Of a stretch of DNA of 64,000 nt, positions 1 through 13,199 are shown piece after piece (the stretch's first letter is position 1; every line of letters begins with the position of its first letter). Location of the stretch: positions 1,449,070-1,513,069 of the forward strand of contig MU057947.1 of assembly GCA_013265495.1 (NCBI GenBank), given 5' to 3'. Origin of the DNA: Vicugna vicugna. Its lineage: Eukaryota. The notes under the pieces are model-generated. The model was not told where the DNA came from, searched no databases, and saw only the letters and a program-made list of their open reading frames with translations. The position numbers were made by a program, and so were the translations under genes.

Positions 1-87
1 GTGCTCTTAGCATTTTCTCCTCCTCCTTAAAAACCGGTTTTGGTGCTCCTCGGCAGCCCCCGTACGCCTCACCACAGTCGGTAGGCT

Positions 88-1003
88 TCTTTTCTTTCTT
101 TTTTTAAATTGAAGTACAGTCAGTTGACAATGTTGTGTCAATTTCTGGTATACAGCATAAATTTTCAGTCATACATGTGCATGCATGTATTTGTTTTCAT
201 ATTGTTTTTCATTATAGGTTACTATTGGATATTAAATATAGTTCCCTGAGCTATGCAGAAGAAACTTGTTTATTTATTTTATGTATAGTAGTTAATATTT
301 GCAAATCTTGAACTCCCAATTTATTCCTTCCCACCTCCTTTTCTCCCTGGGGTAACCGTAATTTTGTTTACTATGTCTGTGAGTCTGTTTCTGTTTTGTA
401 GAAAAGTTCATTAGTATCTTTTTTTTTTCCAGATTCCATGTATGAGTGACATCCTATGGTATTTTTCTTTCTCTTTCTGGCTTACTTCATTCAGTATGAC
501 AATCTCCAGGTCCATCTATGTTGCTGCAAATGGTATTATTTTATTCTTTTTTATGGCCGAGTAGTATTCCATTGTATAAATATACCAGAACTTCTTTATC
601 TAGTTGTCTGTTAATGGACATTTAGGTTATTTCCTTGCTTGCCTATTGTGTACAGTGCTGCTGTGAACATTGGGGTGCAGGTGTGTTTTCAAATTAGAGT
701 TCCCTCTGGATGTATGCCCAGGAGTGGGACTGCTGGATCATGTGGTAACTCTGTAGTTTTTTGAGGAATCTCCATACTGTCCTCCACATTGGCTGCACCA
801 AACTACATTTTCATCAGCAGTATAGGAGGGCTCCCTTTTCTCCACACCTTCTCCAGCATGTACTGTTTGTGGATGTTTTAATGATGGCCATTCTGGCAGG
901 TGGGAGGTGGTGCCTCACTGTAGTTTTGATCTTCATTTCTCTGGTAACTAGCAATACTGAGCATTTTCCATGTGCCTGTTGGCCGTTTGTATGTCTTCTT
1001 TAG
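88..1003 (-). mobile_element. LINE-1 3' end (5'-truncated; poly(A) tail, 3' UTR and end of ORF2), cetartiodactyl/camelid type
   Basis: Starts with a T-rich tail then ttgaagtacagtcagttgacaatgttgtgtca. Contains typical antisense L1 text (gtccatctatgttgctgcaaatgg, ggacatttaggtt, gctgtgaacattggggtgcagg, gatggccattctg) and is colinear with the copies at 9.35 kb and 58.6 kb. Confidence 0.95.
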
Positions 1004-1179
1004 AATAAGCTTACTTTTCCTTCTTCTCTTTTATTTTTATTTCCCTTTTTAGTCTTTATTATTTCCATTTTGCCAAAATGTGTCTTACTAATATAGTATT
1101 CTTCCACTCTCATCCCTACTCTGTTAGTTTAGTCTTAAATATCCAATTAAGTATATTAAATAATGATTGTATTCTCAAG

Positions 1180-2750
1180 CTTCTTCAGTCATAGCTTGGT
1201 TGGATGGACTTCATCCAACCAAGTAGACTTGAGTAGACTCCTTGAGAAGTGCTCATGAGAACAGCAGTCCTATGATCTTACATGATCAGAGTTGCTATGC
1301 TAGCCTGGACCATAGGCTGCTTTTGGCTGGATGTAATCCTGGGTTCACACATTCTTTCCTCGTATTTATTGAAAAATGTTCCCATTGATGCCTTGAGTTG
1401 TCTGATCCAGGCTAATTTATTTACCTCGTAGGTTATGTTTATATTTTTTTTCCTTGAGGTCCAGAGGGTTTTTTTTTTTTTAAAAGCTTTTAAAGTGTAA
1501 TATCTTTATAAGGCAAAGATCTTAAAGCTGATCATTCTGGCTTAATTTTCTCTGGTCCCTATAGGCTCTGATAAAATGTAGACTTACGTCTTCTTTTATT
1601 TCTGGAAAGCATCCATGAACTATAGGTTTACATATTAGCCACGACCCATTGTTTTGTTTTGGGGTGAACTCCAATTATACATATGTTGGATTTTGTTTTG
1701 TCTGTCATCCATTTCAGCCACTTTTCTTTGAGCTTTTTTATGTCTTTCCTTCCTTTATTTTCATTTGCTTAGTTATTCTGACTTTCTCCTATGACTTTTG
1801 ATAAAGTTCTATTTACATATATTCTTACTCAGGCACTTTATTTACAACTTTGCTTTCATTTCTGATGTGGCAGTATCTTTTTCTTCCATTTTCTCCAGAA
1901 TTCAATAAATTTCCATTTGATTTCTCCTAATTTTATTTGTTTTTTTAAATCTTAATGTCTTCTCTTCTGATACCTTCAACTGCTTGTGTGAGAGTACTTA
2001 ATATACGTTAGAGTGTTGCATTAGTTTTACTCTGCATTTTTTTTTATTGGCAGTGCATTCACCAGCTTAAATGCTTTGATTTAAATTTTCTGTTTATTCC
2101 TGCATTTACTTTGGATAGATGAAGACTGCTTAATGCTATTCATATCGTGATGGTCTGAAGAATATGGTGCATTCTACATCTTAAGAGAAACTTCTGTTGT
2201 ATCAAAATGTAGTTTCTACAGTGGAGTTTTGGGGTGCAGGTGGAAGGGCTGTGTGGCTGTGTTTAACATCTGTTTCATCTCGCAGAATTCCAGTTTTGCT
2301 AACGTGCTTCTTCCTTCCCACCACCCAATATCAACAAGTGTCTTTCCTTCAGTTTACAGCCTCTTCTTCTCTGGAAACAAGGCCTTTCTGAGCCCTACTT
2401 TATGTAACCACCCTACCTGAGGTCAACACATTGATCCAATAAGATCTTTTTTAGAAATTTTGCTTTTAGGGTGGACTTTTATGTTTAGGCCACTTTAGGT
2501 ACATCTTAGGCCTTTTGAATTCCTCTTTCCTTTCTGTATATTTACCCCACACCCTACTGGTTTCCACAAAGACGTGCAGTGCAAGCTTAAGAGGTATCTC
2601 CACCACCCTCTGGGTGTTAATTTTCTGCCGCAGCTAATTTGAAGTTTGTAGTGTTGTTTGACTTTTTGTTGTGCAGAAGGTGTTTTATTTCTTTTTACTT
2701 TTCTGGACACTGTTTTTGAGGCTGTGGGGAGAGATTCAGGTCAGCTGCCC
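1180..2750 (-). mobile_element. Ancient degenerate L1 (L1M-type) ORF1/5' region
   Basis: Very T-rich plus strand with motifs resembling antisense old L1 ORF1 (ttctggaaag, actccaattatacatatgttgga). Boundaries approximate. Confidence 0.55.
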
Positions 2751-2779
2751 CAGAAGTGCTGGAATGCCATCTATAAGGA

Positions 2780-3290
2780 GCTGGGGACATGCTCCAATCC
2801 AGGCACTTACGCCTGGTTAAACTGTTGTTCAAAGACGAAGATGCAAAAGTGGGAAGTGGTGCAGACATCTATGAACTGGTGAACAACAAGATTTGGTGTA
2901 TTTGCAGGATGCGATGCCTTGTGGCAGGACTGATGAGGATCAGCTCATTCAACCATGGCTGACCCGACAGCTGTGTGCTGGGTGCCAGCAGCCAGACACA
3001 CGAGAGTGCAGGCCTTGTGACCTCCACTCAGGTGACAGTCTAGAGCAGATGAAACCAGCCAGGTGACAGAAAGCACACCAGGCATTGCCTGGGGCTGGAT
3101 GTGTGGTGGCCCAGAAGCCACATGCAAGGGGTCATGAGAAACTTTTTGGGGAGGTGGAAATGCTGCTTATCCTGATCATGGGAGTGGCTACACCGATGTT
3201 CTTTTGTCAAAACTCACTCAATTGTTCACTTAACATAAGTGTGTTTTAATACATGCAAATTATACCTTGAAGTAGATTTTTTTTAAAAAG
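2780..3290 (+). mobile_element. Old L1 (L1MC/MD/ME-like) 3' end
   Basis: agccagacacacgagagt...gtgacagaaagc...ttgcctggggctgg...gaaactttttggggaggtggaaatg...tttgtcaaaactcac...aaattatacctt follows the L1M 3' UTR layout. Confidence 0.75.
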
Positions 3291-4099
3291 GAAGAGATGC
3301 TTTCAGAAAAACAAAAGCTCGGAGGATTTACTTCCACGAGACCTATACCCTAAGGTACATTATAAGGAAAGGGGGTTCCTGAGATTCAAGGAGGTCATCT
3401 CAGATAGGGGCCTGGATGTGTGGGGGAGGGAGTGAAGGGCCTCCCTCAAAGGCCTTGGTCCCCTCTGTCTACTGCACACTTCCCTTCGGGGCAGCAGAGG
3501 TGGACCTGGGGTCCCTGCACCGTCCGTCACTAAGGCCAAGTGGACCGAGCTTTTGTGTAATTACATGAGGCTGGTGGGCAGAAGCACCTTGCAAGTGGAC
3601 GCATTTTCAAGTCACTGTAGGAGATTTTAGTTGTCAGTGTAAGAAAACAGTGATACAGGAAGGAGATGCTCTTGGGTTCAACGTGGACACAGTCAGGACG
3701 TGCCGGTGCCTGGCGCTGAGGCACCAGCGGCCTGACCGTCCCGCACGGGCTTCCTCAGGGAGCATCACCTCTGTGCGTCCTCCTGGAATGTCTGCTTGAC
3801 AATAATTCTGACAACTGAGGAGTGAATAAAAATAGAGCTCCCAGGAATGGGAAATCTGTCCTTCGAGGGCTTGTGGTGAGTGCCGATAATAAACCCCTGT
3901 GAGAACTGCAGTCCTGGAACAGGATGTTTCATAAACCGGGACAACAGCAGTCAAGGTAATGACACCAGCGCCACAGAAACGGGAGAGGTGAGAGGTGAGT
4001 GGGTGAAATTCTATGCCTTTTAAATCTCTCCTCCCAGAAAAGTGAGTCAGTCATTACCGAGTCGAATGGAAACTTTATCTAAACCGACTAAAGCCGCAA

Positions 4100-4397
4100 T
4101 ATTTTTCATAATGTTTTCGGTTCTGGGCCTAGAGGTCCGAGATCAGGGTGCCAGCATGGCCGGGGTCTGGTGAGGACCCTCTTCCAGGGTGCGGACGGCT
4201 GGCTTCTCCTGTGTCCTTCCATGGTGGCTGGAGAGGGTGCCAGAGAGCTCTGTGGGTCTCTTATAAGGGCAGGAATCCCACCAGGAGGCTTCACCCTCCT
4301 GACCTAGCACCTTCTAAGGGCTCCCCCAACACCATCACTGGGGGTTAGGATTTCAACCAAAATAGGAATTTGGGGGGATGCGAACATTCAATCCCCA
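4100..4397 (-). mobile_element. MLT1A-like ERVL-MaLR solo LTR fragment
   Basis: gtccgagatcagggtgccagca...tctggtgaggaccctcttcc...tcttataagggcaggaatccc...accatcactgggggttaggatttcaac...gaatttggggggatgcgaacattca matches the MLT1A antisense pattern. Confidence 0.85.
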
Positions 4398-7300
4398 AGT
4401 ACCCACAGCTGTGCACTGGCCTGGCGCCTGGCTCTGGGGGTGGGCAGGCAGTTTGGTTACTGGGAGAGTCACAGTGGTGGCTTGTAATGGGGGTGTCACA
4501 CCGGTACCTCCACTCCGTGACCTGGAGTCCGTCAGACCGTTCTCAGGAAGGGTCCTGAGGGCTACGGGCACCTAGCGCTGCCTGATCCCTGGAGCTACAG
4601 GCTGACAGGTGCTGGGTCTGCGACCAGTGCTGAGGGGCGGGGGGGTGTCAGCCGACTCCACTCCCCGCCGTGGTTCTGGCTGGTGAGCGGGGCTCCCAGA
4701 TGCTGCTCCTCATGTCAGAATGCTGCAACAGAAACACACAGAAAGTGGAGTCAAATCCAGAGGGCTGGGGGAGGAGAAGGGCCAGGGAGCCAGGCCAAGT
4801 GGCCGGCCGGCCCTCTGCACCCTGTGTGTACACGGTTCCCTTCTTCCGGGCTGCCTCTCCTTCATGGGCTCGACCTCCTTTCCAGGCCCAGCCCAGCCAA
4901 TTCCCCAGACCCAGCCCTTGGCTTGGTTCTTGCCTCTTCAACACTTGCTCTGCCCTCTCCCATCTCCAGCACTGAAACCACACTGTTTCATCACACTGTC
5001 TAACATGCCTCCTCCAAGAAGTCTTCCCAGATTGACCCTCTCCCTTTCCCCTCTCTCCCCGCAGAACACGGCCGCGGTGTGCGGCGTTCATGTGCAGTCA
5101 TTCCCGCAGAGCTCTGCCCTGGGCCCTCCTGCTTGTGCTTGCTTTTGTCATGTAGGTGCATTTGCCTGGACTGGGGACTATGAGCTTGGGGGATGCTCAC
5201 ATGACATTTCTTTTCCCCAAATAATGAGGATGCAAATGATGGAGGTGCCGTTTGGGGAAAGCCCCTGTATTAAAGTTGAATGAGTTAACATTTTCCTCAC
5301 CTGCAGACACATTTGAGCTCACAGTCAGCCAGGGGTTGGGGGGCTCTCAGAGGGGCACATGTCTGCGATGCATTACCGGGGCCTCTGGGCAGCCCCAGCC
5401 GTCATCCGTAACACGGAGATCGATGCTACTCCAACCGCTGCTGCTGTAATTGCAGAGAACATCCTGTCAAAGGGCAGAACAAACCCAGCACTTCCTCCTT
5501 TTATTGCAAATGACTGTTTGGGTTTTGAACGCATCCCACTGGCTGGCAGGACTGTGTTTATTTTATAAAGCCAGAAAGAAGGGTTTCTTGACATGCACTA
5601 GTTATCACCGAGGGACGCTCACCACCTGATTCTTCAGTGGCATGAAGGTCCAGGAGGTGCTGCCTGCCTGTCACCACCACTGGCGCTAGGCCCGCAGTGG
5701 TGGGACCCTGGTGCCTCGCCAAGGAGGAAGCTTCCCTTGGTCCTGGATCTGGGATGTGGCCTCCTGAGCAAAGCAGCCAGTTACTCCCAGCAGCGGAGAC
5801 GGGAGCGGCATGTCCTTCCAGGCTCAGGGAGACACACGGGGTCACAGGGGGAACAGCGCCCGTCGCCCTAGGACGCCCAGTGGGGGCCCGACGTTCCATG
5901 GCGGTGCTCTCTGCATGAAGCGCGTGGCTTTATCTGTGGACCTCATCGCTGTCACCCAGAACTGATGGTAGATTAGGACCTCGGTCAGAATGGAATTTGA
6001 GTTTCCCTCATTTCCAGGTGCTGTTATTCTCAAACCCAAGAACCTCAGGCTTTGTGGACCTGAGAAAACAGAGCCTTGGGACAAACATTGTTCCATACAA
6101 ACCCCACTTCCAGTCTCGCAGGCTGTAACCCAGACCCCTGCAGGTGTTCTCAGCGGGGTAACTTGACCCACCAGGTACCAGGGGTCAACACTCTCTACTC
6201 CGATGTTTAGGCCTGTGGGACGTGAGGGACGGCACTGACCTCGTTACCCAGAGCTGAGCTGGCGATGCCGAGCGGCGGGCCGGTGACCCCTGTGCTTGAG
6301 TGAGGGTAGGGGGACAGCAGAATCAAGCCATCGGCCCGGTGATAACGGCCCCAGGAGGCTCTGCTGGTTCTGCCGCCAACAGCGACACCCTGGGTCATGG
6401 AAATGGACAGCGATCAGGCCCAGGCAGGCCTGCTGTCCTTGCTTTTCTCGCTTTCATTTTATAAGGGTTTGGATGAAATGAAATGTACTTACATCTTTAT
6501 TTTTCTCACTGTGAATGGAAATCAGGCAGCAAAACAAAAAGGTTTACACGGAGGAATGAACAGTTGCTACCGAGAGACAAGACGTGGTCACCGCAGTTGC
6601 AGTGACACGAAGGAGGGAGAGGCTTTCCACCAAGCAGGCTGGGGAGGCGTCCGTTCACTTAAGGCCGGAGACTAGGGAGGCTGGGAGCCGAGAACTGCCT
6701 TCTGATTCATCGTAACGAAACAGGCGACGGGAGGCCGGGACCTCTGTCAGGGCCTGTGTGAACGGCCCGGCGTTACCGACGCCGCGGGAGCCAGGGCCGC
6801 CGGCACGCGTCGGGAGGGGAGAGCAGAGAGCTCAAGACACAGAATGAGGTGCCCAAGGAGGGGAGAGGTTGGAAGTGTAAAGGCCCCCAGATAGGCTCTG
6901 GGGACCACGTGGGAAAGGGTGTTTGCTTCAGGCCGTCGGGTCCTGGGAAGGTGGCAGGTAAGCAGGGACCCGGGCTAGGAAAGGGCTCAGGCTGTGGATT
7001 CAGGATGGAGGCCGGTCTCTGGCACTGGGAGCCCAGTTGGGGGCCACTCCAGGAGAACCAGGCAAGGCCAGGGCTGGGCCTGGTCAGGGAGGGACCCGTG
7101 GTCAGGGGGCTGGCCATCAGTTGGGTTCTCCTAGTAGACCCGCCCCACACCGGGGGCAGGTAGCGTGGAGCCCCCAGGCCTCCCGCGGGCTGGAAGGAGG
7201 CTGGGAGCAGGAGCCGCTGGGCTCTTTGCCCACGGAGGGCGGGCCTTCCTCAGCCCCACTCCCCCATCAGCTTCTAGAAGGGCAGGCACTGTGGGGTGGT

Positions 7301-7611
7301 TGACCCGCTGAAGCGTGCATGACGGAGGCCTGACGCAGTGTGGTCACTGCTGGTTATGATCATTCAGTCTTTGTCATGCACGATTCTGGCCCTTGACCAC
7401 AAGCTGAAGCCAAGAGGAGTGGCTGAAGGCACTGGAAACTCCCCGCCAGAACAGACATCAGCTTTCCTCCAGCGTCTTCAGAGGCGGCTCCCTTTCCTCA
7501 TGCGTGGACTCCACGTGAGCAAGTCTCAGCTCAGAAATGTTCACGGGCTGCACACCTTCTGCCCATCCGGCCCCAGCTCACGGCATCTGGTCCAACCCTG
7601 AAAGCAGCTGA

Positions 7612-7700
7612 GCTCGGGGAGCTGGGTTCAAATCCACGCTCCGTCGCTCTCCAGCCGGGCGACTCCAGGCAAGCCACCCCTGCTCCCTGTGCCTCACCCC
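7612..7700 (+). mobile_element. MIR SINE fragment
   Basis: ctgggttcaaatcc...gactccaggcaagcc...ctccctgtgcctca (MIR B-box and core). Confidence 0.55.
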
Positions 7701-9344
7701 GTGGTTAGAGTGGGGCTAAGGGCTTGTCCCCACACCATCCGCCACGGGAGGCCGGCCTCCGAGCTGAGGGGGCTCGGGCCGAGGGCGTGGAGGTTTCATT
7801 TGTATCTTTCATCCCAACTTTCCGTGAAGTAAGGACCCTCTGCGCCACGTGAGCGCTGTCCCAGCTTCTTGCTGTTTTAATTTTGAAGAGGACAGCAGGG
7901 AGAGTGCAGCAATAAGCAGGGGCCCCTTCAAGGAGCCCTTCGGTCACACGAGAGCCAAACCTCTCCTTCCCTCCTGAACGTGAGAGCCGGGCAGTGACGT
8001 CCCCTCTGCCCCTCAGCTTTTCCCACTACAGAAAAATGTGGATCTCGTAGGCACCCCCCCGCTGGAGTGCTTAGACGTCACAGTGAATAATTCATGCTGA
8101 CCCCTAATGCGGAGTGGGTGTCCAACACACTGTTGTTACCGTTCCCAACGGCACCCTGGCCGCCAAAACAGGTTTCCAGGAAGACACGTCCGTGTCTCCA
8201 AAGCAGTGTGGGAACAGCGGGTGCGTAGCCACAGGCTCTGGGCCGGGATCGTCCTCAATGACCACGTGCCCTGACTGATGGCCTGCCGAGCGGTCGCTCC
8301 AGACAGGCCTTCAGATTCCTCGGTTTGGTGGCAGGAACCCACACGTGGCAATAAGCACAGGTCGATTCCTCCAGCCCTGGGGCTTGAGGCTCCAGCAAGA
8401 TGAGTGATCAAAATGCTGCTTCCGAAGTAGCCAGCGGGCGACCTTTCTGCTCTGCTGCGTGCCTGAAGTGTCAGCATGAGCAAAATCAAGGCGGGTAATC
8501 GCGAGGCTCGTGGTCAGGGATGCAAATCCAGGGGGAGCGGACACTTGAGAGGAGCTCCGAGCGTCCTCGGTCGGCTGCACCTGGGCACGCCGCGGTCGCC
8601 GCAGTGCGTGAGCCTCCCATGGAGGACTCCGCCGTGTGAACCGCGCTCTGACCCGGGTCGGGGGTATGAGGGTCCCCTCCGCTCAGGGCAGCCCCTTCCG
8701 CACCGAGGCTCACCGTGAGAGGCTGCGGGGAGACGCCAGCGCGGGGGCCGCACAGAGCAGAACGGAGACGTTCACCCGCGGTCCTGGGACGGAGGGCGTG
8801 ACAGCCCCCCTGAACGTGGCCGCAAACCTCTGTTTGATGACAGTGATCGTAACACGGCATCGCTCTGTTATTCCAAACGCTGTGTTTCACTACTGTGAGC
8901 CGCCTCAATAAACACACAGCCACACTGGGAGCTGGGAAAGAAATGCCGTGCAAAGCCACAGCTTTCCCTCGGTTCAGATCCCGGGTCCTCACCCAGATTT
9001 TCGGTTTCACTGCTCAGAATAAGGATTTAGGAAAGAACTTTTGAACGTGCCACTTTCCTTGTGCTGCTGGGCAGGCAGATAGGACCTTTGTAGGTGTCTG
9101 CAAGTGAGGACCAGGGGTGTGGCTCCCACGGCCTGCGCTGGTCGCAGTCACGGCATCACCAGCCGCTGTGAAGCTAGGACAGCGCGGGGCGCCCGGGCCT
9201 GATGGAGCTGCACTGAGGCACGTCCACGTCCACGTCCAGGGCAAGGAAGGGGACAACGCACACCTTCTAGGGGTATTTCTTTCATTCATTGAACAAATCA
9301 TCAATATGATTTTATACAATGAAATGGGAGATGTCTGTAGACTT

Positions 9345-10310
9345 TTTTTAAGACATTATTTCTTTTTTATTGACATACAGTTTACAGCGTTGTGTTAATT
9401 TCTGCTGTACAGTGTAGTGATTCAGTTATACAAATACATACATTCCTTTCCATATTCTTTTTCATTATAGGTTATTACAAGGCATTGAACATAGGTTCCT
9501 GTGCGCTACAGCAGGACCTTGTTATGTATCTAGCTTATACGTAGTAGTGTGTATCTGCAAATCCCAAACTCCCAGCCTATCCCTCCCCTCCCCCTTCCCC
9601 CCCCCGGCAACCACGAGTCTGTTCTCTATGTCTGTGAGTCTGCTTCCATTTTGTAACTAAGTTCATTTATGTCGCTTTTTTTTTTTGAGGTATAGTCAGT
9701 TTGCAGTGTTGTGTCATTTGGGTCCTTTTTTCTAAGATGCCACATATGAGTGATGTCATATGACGTTTTTCTATGTCTTGCTTCACTTAGAATGACGATT
9801 ACCAGGTCCCTCCATGTTGCTGCAAATGGCATTGTTTTATTCTTTTTTGTGGCTGAGTCATATTCCATTGTATATATACACAGCATCCCCCTTATCCAGT
9901 CATCTGCTGATGGACATTTAGGCTGTTTCCATGTCTTGGCTATTGTAAATAGTGCTGCAGTGAACATTGGGGTGCAGGTGTCTTTTTGAAGTAGGGTTCC
10001 TTCTGGATATATGCCCAGGAGCGGGATTCCTGGGTCATATGGTAAGTCTGTTCCTAGTCTTTTGAGGAATCTCCACACTGTTTTCCACAGTGGCTGCACC
10101 AACCTGCATTCCCACCAGCAGTGTAGGAGGGATCCCCTTTCTCCACAGCCTCTCCAGCATTTGTCATTTGTGGATTTTTGAATGATGGCCATTCTGACTG
10201 GTGTGAGGTGGTACCTTATTGTAGTTTTGATTTGCATTTCTCTGATGATTAGTGATGTTGAGCATTTTTTCATGTGCCTCTTGGCCACTTGCATGTCTTC
10301 ATTGGAGAAC
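9345..10310 (-). mobile_element. LINE-1 3' end with open ORF2 C-terminal segment (5'-truncated, non-autonomous)
   Basis: ORF 9626-10294 translates to [97 protein letters not shown], the canonical L1 ORF2p C-terminus. T-rich tail at the left end. Confidence 0.97.
9676..9716 (-). mobile_element. Ultra-short L1 tail nested inside the L1 above
   Basis: T-run + gaggtatagtcagtttgcagtgttgtgtca matches the L1 terminus at 110-140. Flanked by the imperfect direct repeats tcatttatgtcgcttttt / tcatttgggtccttttt. Confidence 0.75.
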
Positions 10311-11069
10311 TGGTTTTTAAGAGGATTGTGCAGGGCACCACGCCCCTCTGTAAGGCTCCCCCCCAGAAATGTTGGTTAGTCTCTCCTCACCTCTCCACGC
10401 CTCTGGCAGCCCCTGCCGTGGCCACTGTTCCCAGGTGGTCCAGCAGGCTCCCATCCACGCCACTCTTCTGGGGGCAGAGGCCCCTGCTGGCCCTTTAGGA
10501 CTGAATTCCCCAGCAGTGGGGTGGTGGGGCGGCGGTGGCGCACAGCTCGGGGGTCCTTGACATGAGGAGCCACGGCCTTACCAGCGTGCTCGGTCCACAG
10601 TCAGAACGTCTGCGTCAGTGCTGTGCGCTCGGCCGCCCTGGTGCACTGTTTGCCTTTATCTTAAGTAATGGCTTGGACTTTATTTGTAATCGTAAAAGTC
10701 TGAAGCAACAGAAACATCCAGCAAGTGGCAGTTAAGAACATGCTCATGCAGCCGCAGGATGAAGCAAGATGCACCCAGACGAGATGGCGCCGGTGGAGGC
10801 TGGAGGGAACGGACGCGCCCTCCAGATGTCGTGCTGGGTGAACGGGGTGTCCCGGCACAGCCGCTGACGTGAAAGCAGCTCTGTGTGTAACGAAGCACTG
10901 ATGCTGAACAAACTGCAGGAGCGGAACTGCATGTGGGGAAAATGAGAGGCTTATGCCGGAGGGCGGACCGTTTTGGTTGTTTGATGAAACGTTGAGGGGG
11001 CGTGGGTTGCTGTGCACTTTTTAGTTACGGTTAGATGATTTTCTGAAGAATGAGTTATTAATTGAAAAA

Positions 11070-11985
11070 TTAAAAACAAACAAAACCAAAAAATATGATT
11101 AAAAAATGGGCAAAGCATCTAAGTAGACGTTTTACCAAAGACACAGAGATGGCCAACGGGTGCCTGAAAAAGTGTTCAGCGTCACTAATGCTCAGGGAAA
11201 TGCAGATCAAGCCACAGGAGGGGCCGCCTTGCGCCTGCTCGAGTGGCTGCTGTGGCAAGTGCTGGCGAGGGCGCAGAAGGCGGGGAACCGTCGTGCTGCT
11301 GCTGGTGGGAGTGTCGGTTGGTGCAGCCACTCTGGGAAGCAGTACAGAGGTCCCTCAAAAACCTAAGAGTAGAACGGCATATGGTCCAGCAACCCCGCTG
11401 CTGGGTATGTATCTGGAGAAAGTGAGGACTCTGACTGGGAGCGACGCATAGCCCGCTGTGGTCGCGGCAGCAGTGGCCGCAGCAGCCGCGCCGTGGAAGC
11501 AGCCTCGGTGCTCCTCGGTGCGCCGCTGGGTAAGGAGGACGTGGTGCGTGCGCACCGTGGAGCACCACTGAGCCACCAGACACCAGGAAAGCCTGGCGTT
11601 TATGACAACACGAACGGGCCTTGAGGGCATGGCACTAAGTGAAATGAGCCACAGAGAAAGACAAATACCACTTCTACGTGGAATCTGAAAAAGCAAAGGC
11701 AGAAAACTCAACCTTGAAGAGGCAGAGACCAGGCTGGTGGTTGCTGGAGGCAGGGCGTGGAGGGCAGGGAAATGGGTGAAGGGAGTGAAAAGGCACAAAC
11801 TTTCAGCTGTAAACGAGATAAGCCGCTGGGTGTAACGTACAGCGTGACGACTACAGTCAACAATATTGTGCTGCGTATTTGAAAGCTATTAAGATAGTGA
11901 ATCTTTAAAGTTCTCACCATGAGAAAAAAAGTGTGTGGAGAGACCAGTGGTAACTAGACTTATGGTGACCATTCCCCACTGTATA
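11070..11985 (+). mobile_element. Older L1 (L1MA/L1MB-like) 3' end, strongly GC-shifted in its middle
   Basis: Translations IKKWAKHLSRRFTK..EMAN..LKKCSASL..REMQIK and [12 protein letters not shown] are L1 ORF2p. The 3' UTR has aaggcacaaactttcagctgtaa...gtatttgaaagct...taaagttctcacca. Confidence 0.93.
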
Positions 11986-12394
11986 CAAGGAGCAAATGAT
12001 CACTCTGGGCACCTGGAAAGGGCACAACCAATGCCATTTATGCCTCAGGTTTTGAAGAAAGAAAAAAAAATGGTGTTCTGCAGCCAGACGGTGACAAAAA
12101 GCGCTGTATGCCAAGGGTGCCCATGGTCACAGGAGGAATCCCGCCTAACAAACCACAAATCAGTGTCCTTTTATAAAATTTCAAGCTTTAGTAAAACAAT
12201 CCAACAGAAGGCTTGATTCATATCACTACTAAACACACCTAAACTCACTTATGAATACATCTCAGCTTTTTAAGAAAATCGGCATCTAAGGGTGAGGGTG
12301 GAGCTTGCTGTCACCCAGAATGTTCTGTTCCCTCGTCTAAACCCGCTGGTTTCCCCAAGTCATGTTCACGCAGTTAGACACATTCAGAATCTTT

Positions 12395-12715
12395 CTCTTT
12401 ATTTTTTTATTTTTCTTTTGTTTTTTTAATTCTTATTTTTGTATTGAAGTGTAGTCGATCTGCAATGTTAGTTTCAGGTGTACAGCAAAGCGATTCAGTT
12501 ACACGCATAATTATATACATTTTTTTTCAGATACTTTTCCGTTACAGCTCATTACAAGAAGCTGGACACAGTTCCCAGTGCCCTACAGCAGATCCTTGTT
12601 GTTAATCTGCTTTATACATAGTTGTGTGTATCTGTTAATCCCAAGTTCCTAATCTGTTCCCCCCACTTCTTTACCTGCCCCCCCCCGTAACTACAGTTTG
12701 TTTTCTACGTCTGTT
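12395..12715 (-). mobile_element. L1 3' tail fragment
   Basis: T-rich tail, then ttgaagtgtagtcgat...tttcaggtgtacagcaaagcgattcagtt...cagttcccagtgc...gtatctgttaatccca. Confidence 0.9.
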
Positions 12716-13199
12716 ATTTAAGTACAAAGTTTTTTTGTTTTGTTTTCTGGGATTTTTTGCCCATCTTCTGTCCCCCCCCCAAAACCTCTTGTCCAAACCT
12801 CCTTTCAGCTGCCAAAGGAGACACTAAAAGCTAAAAGTTTCTCTCTGATCACTTCCTGTTTTAAAGTCTCTGTGATGGGGTCCTAGGTAGTCAGGCAGTG
12901 GTGGGCTGGGGCTCTCTGCCCATCCACCCTCATTTCTGTTTCTGTTCCCTTTGCTGGATCCTTTTAAATTACTTTCCTGAATTAATGGCAATACCCTCCT
13001 GCAGCTGCTAATGAGAAACCTCTGGCCATCTTTGGTCTTTCTCCCTCTTTTAGTTTTCACATTTGAGCAACAGCCTTTTCTGGCTGATTTCTCCCCTCCT
13101 TGCCCTCCCTGCACCTCAGCTGCACTGTCTCCGGCCTCTCCGCTCCCCGCCTGCTGATGTCACGCCTAAGCCGGCCCACTTGTTCATTGCAAAGACCTC

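Noticed and set aside
9626..10294. 222-aa ORF as a host gene or active retrotransposon
   Set aside because: It is the C-terminal fragment of L1 ORF2 in a ~1-kb 5'-truncated copy with no promoter, ORF1, endonuclease or RT.
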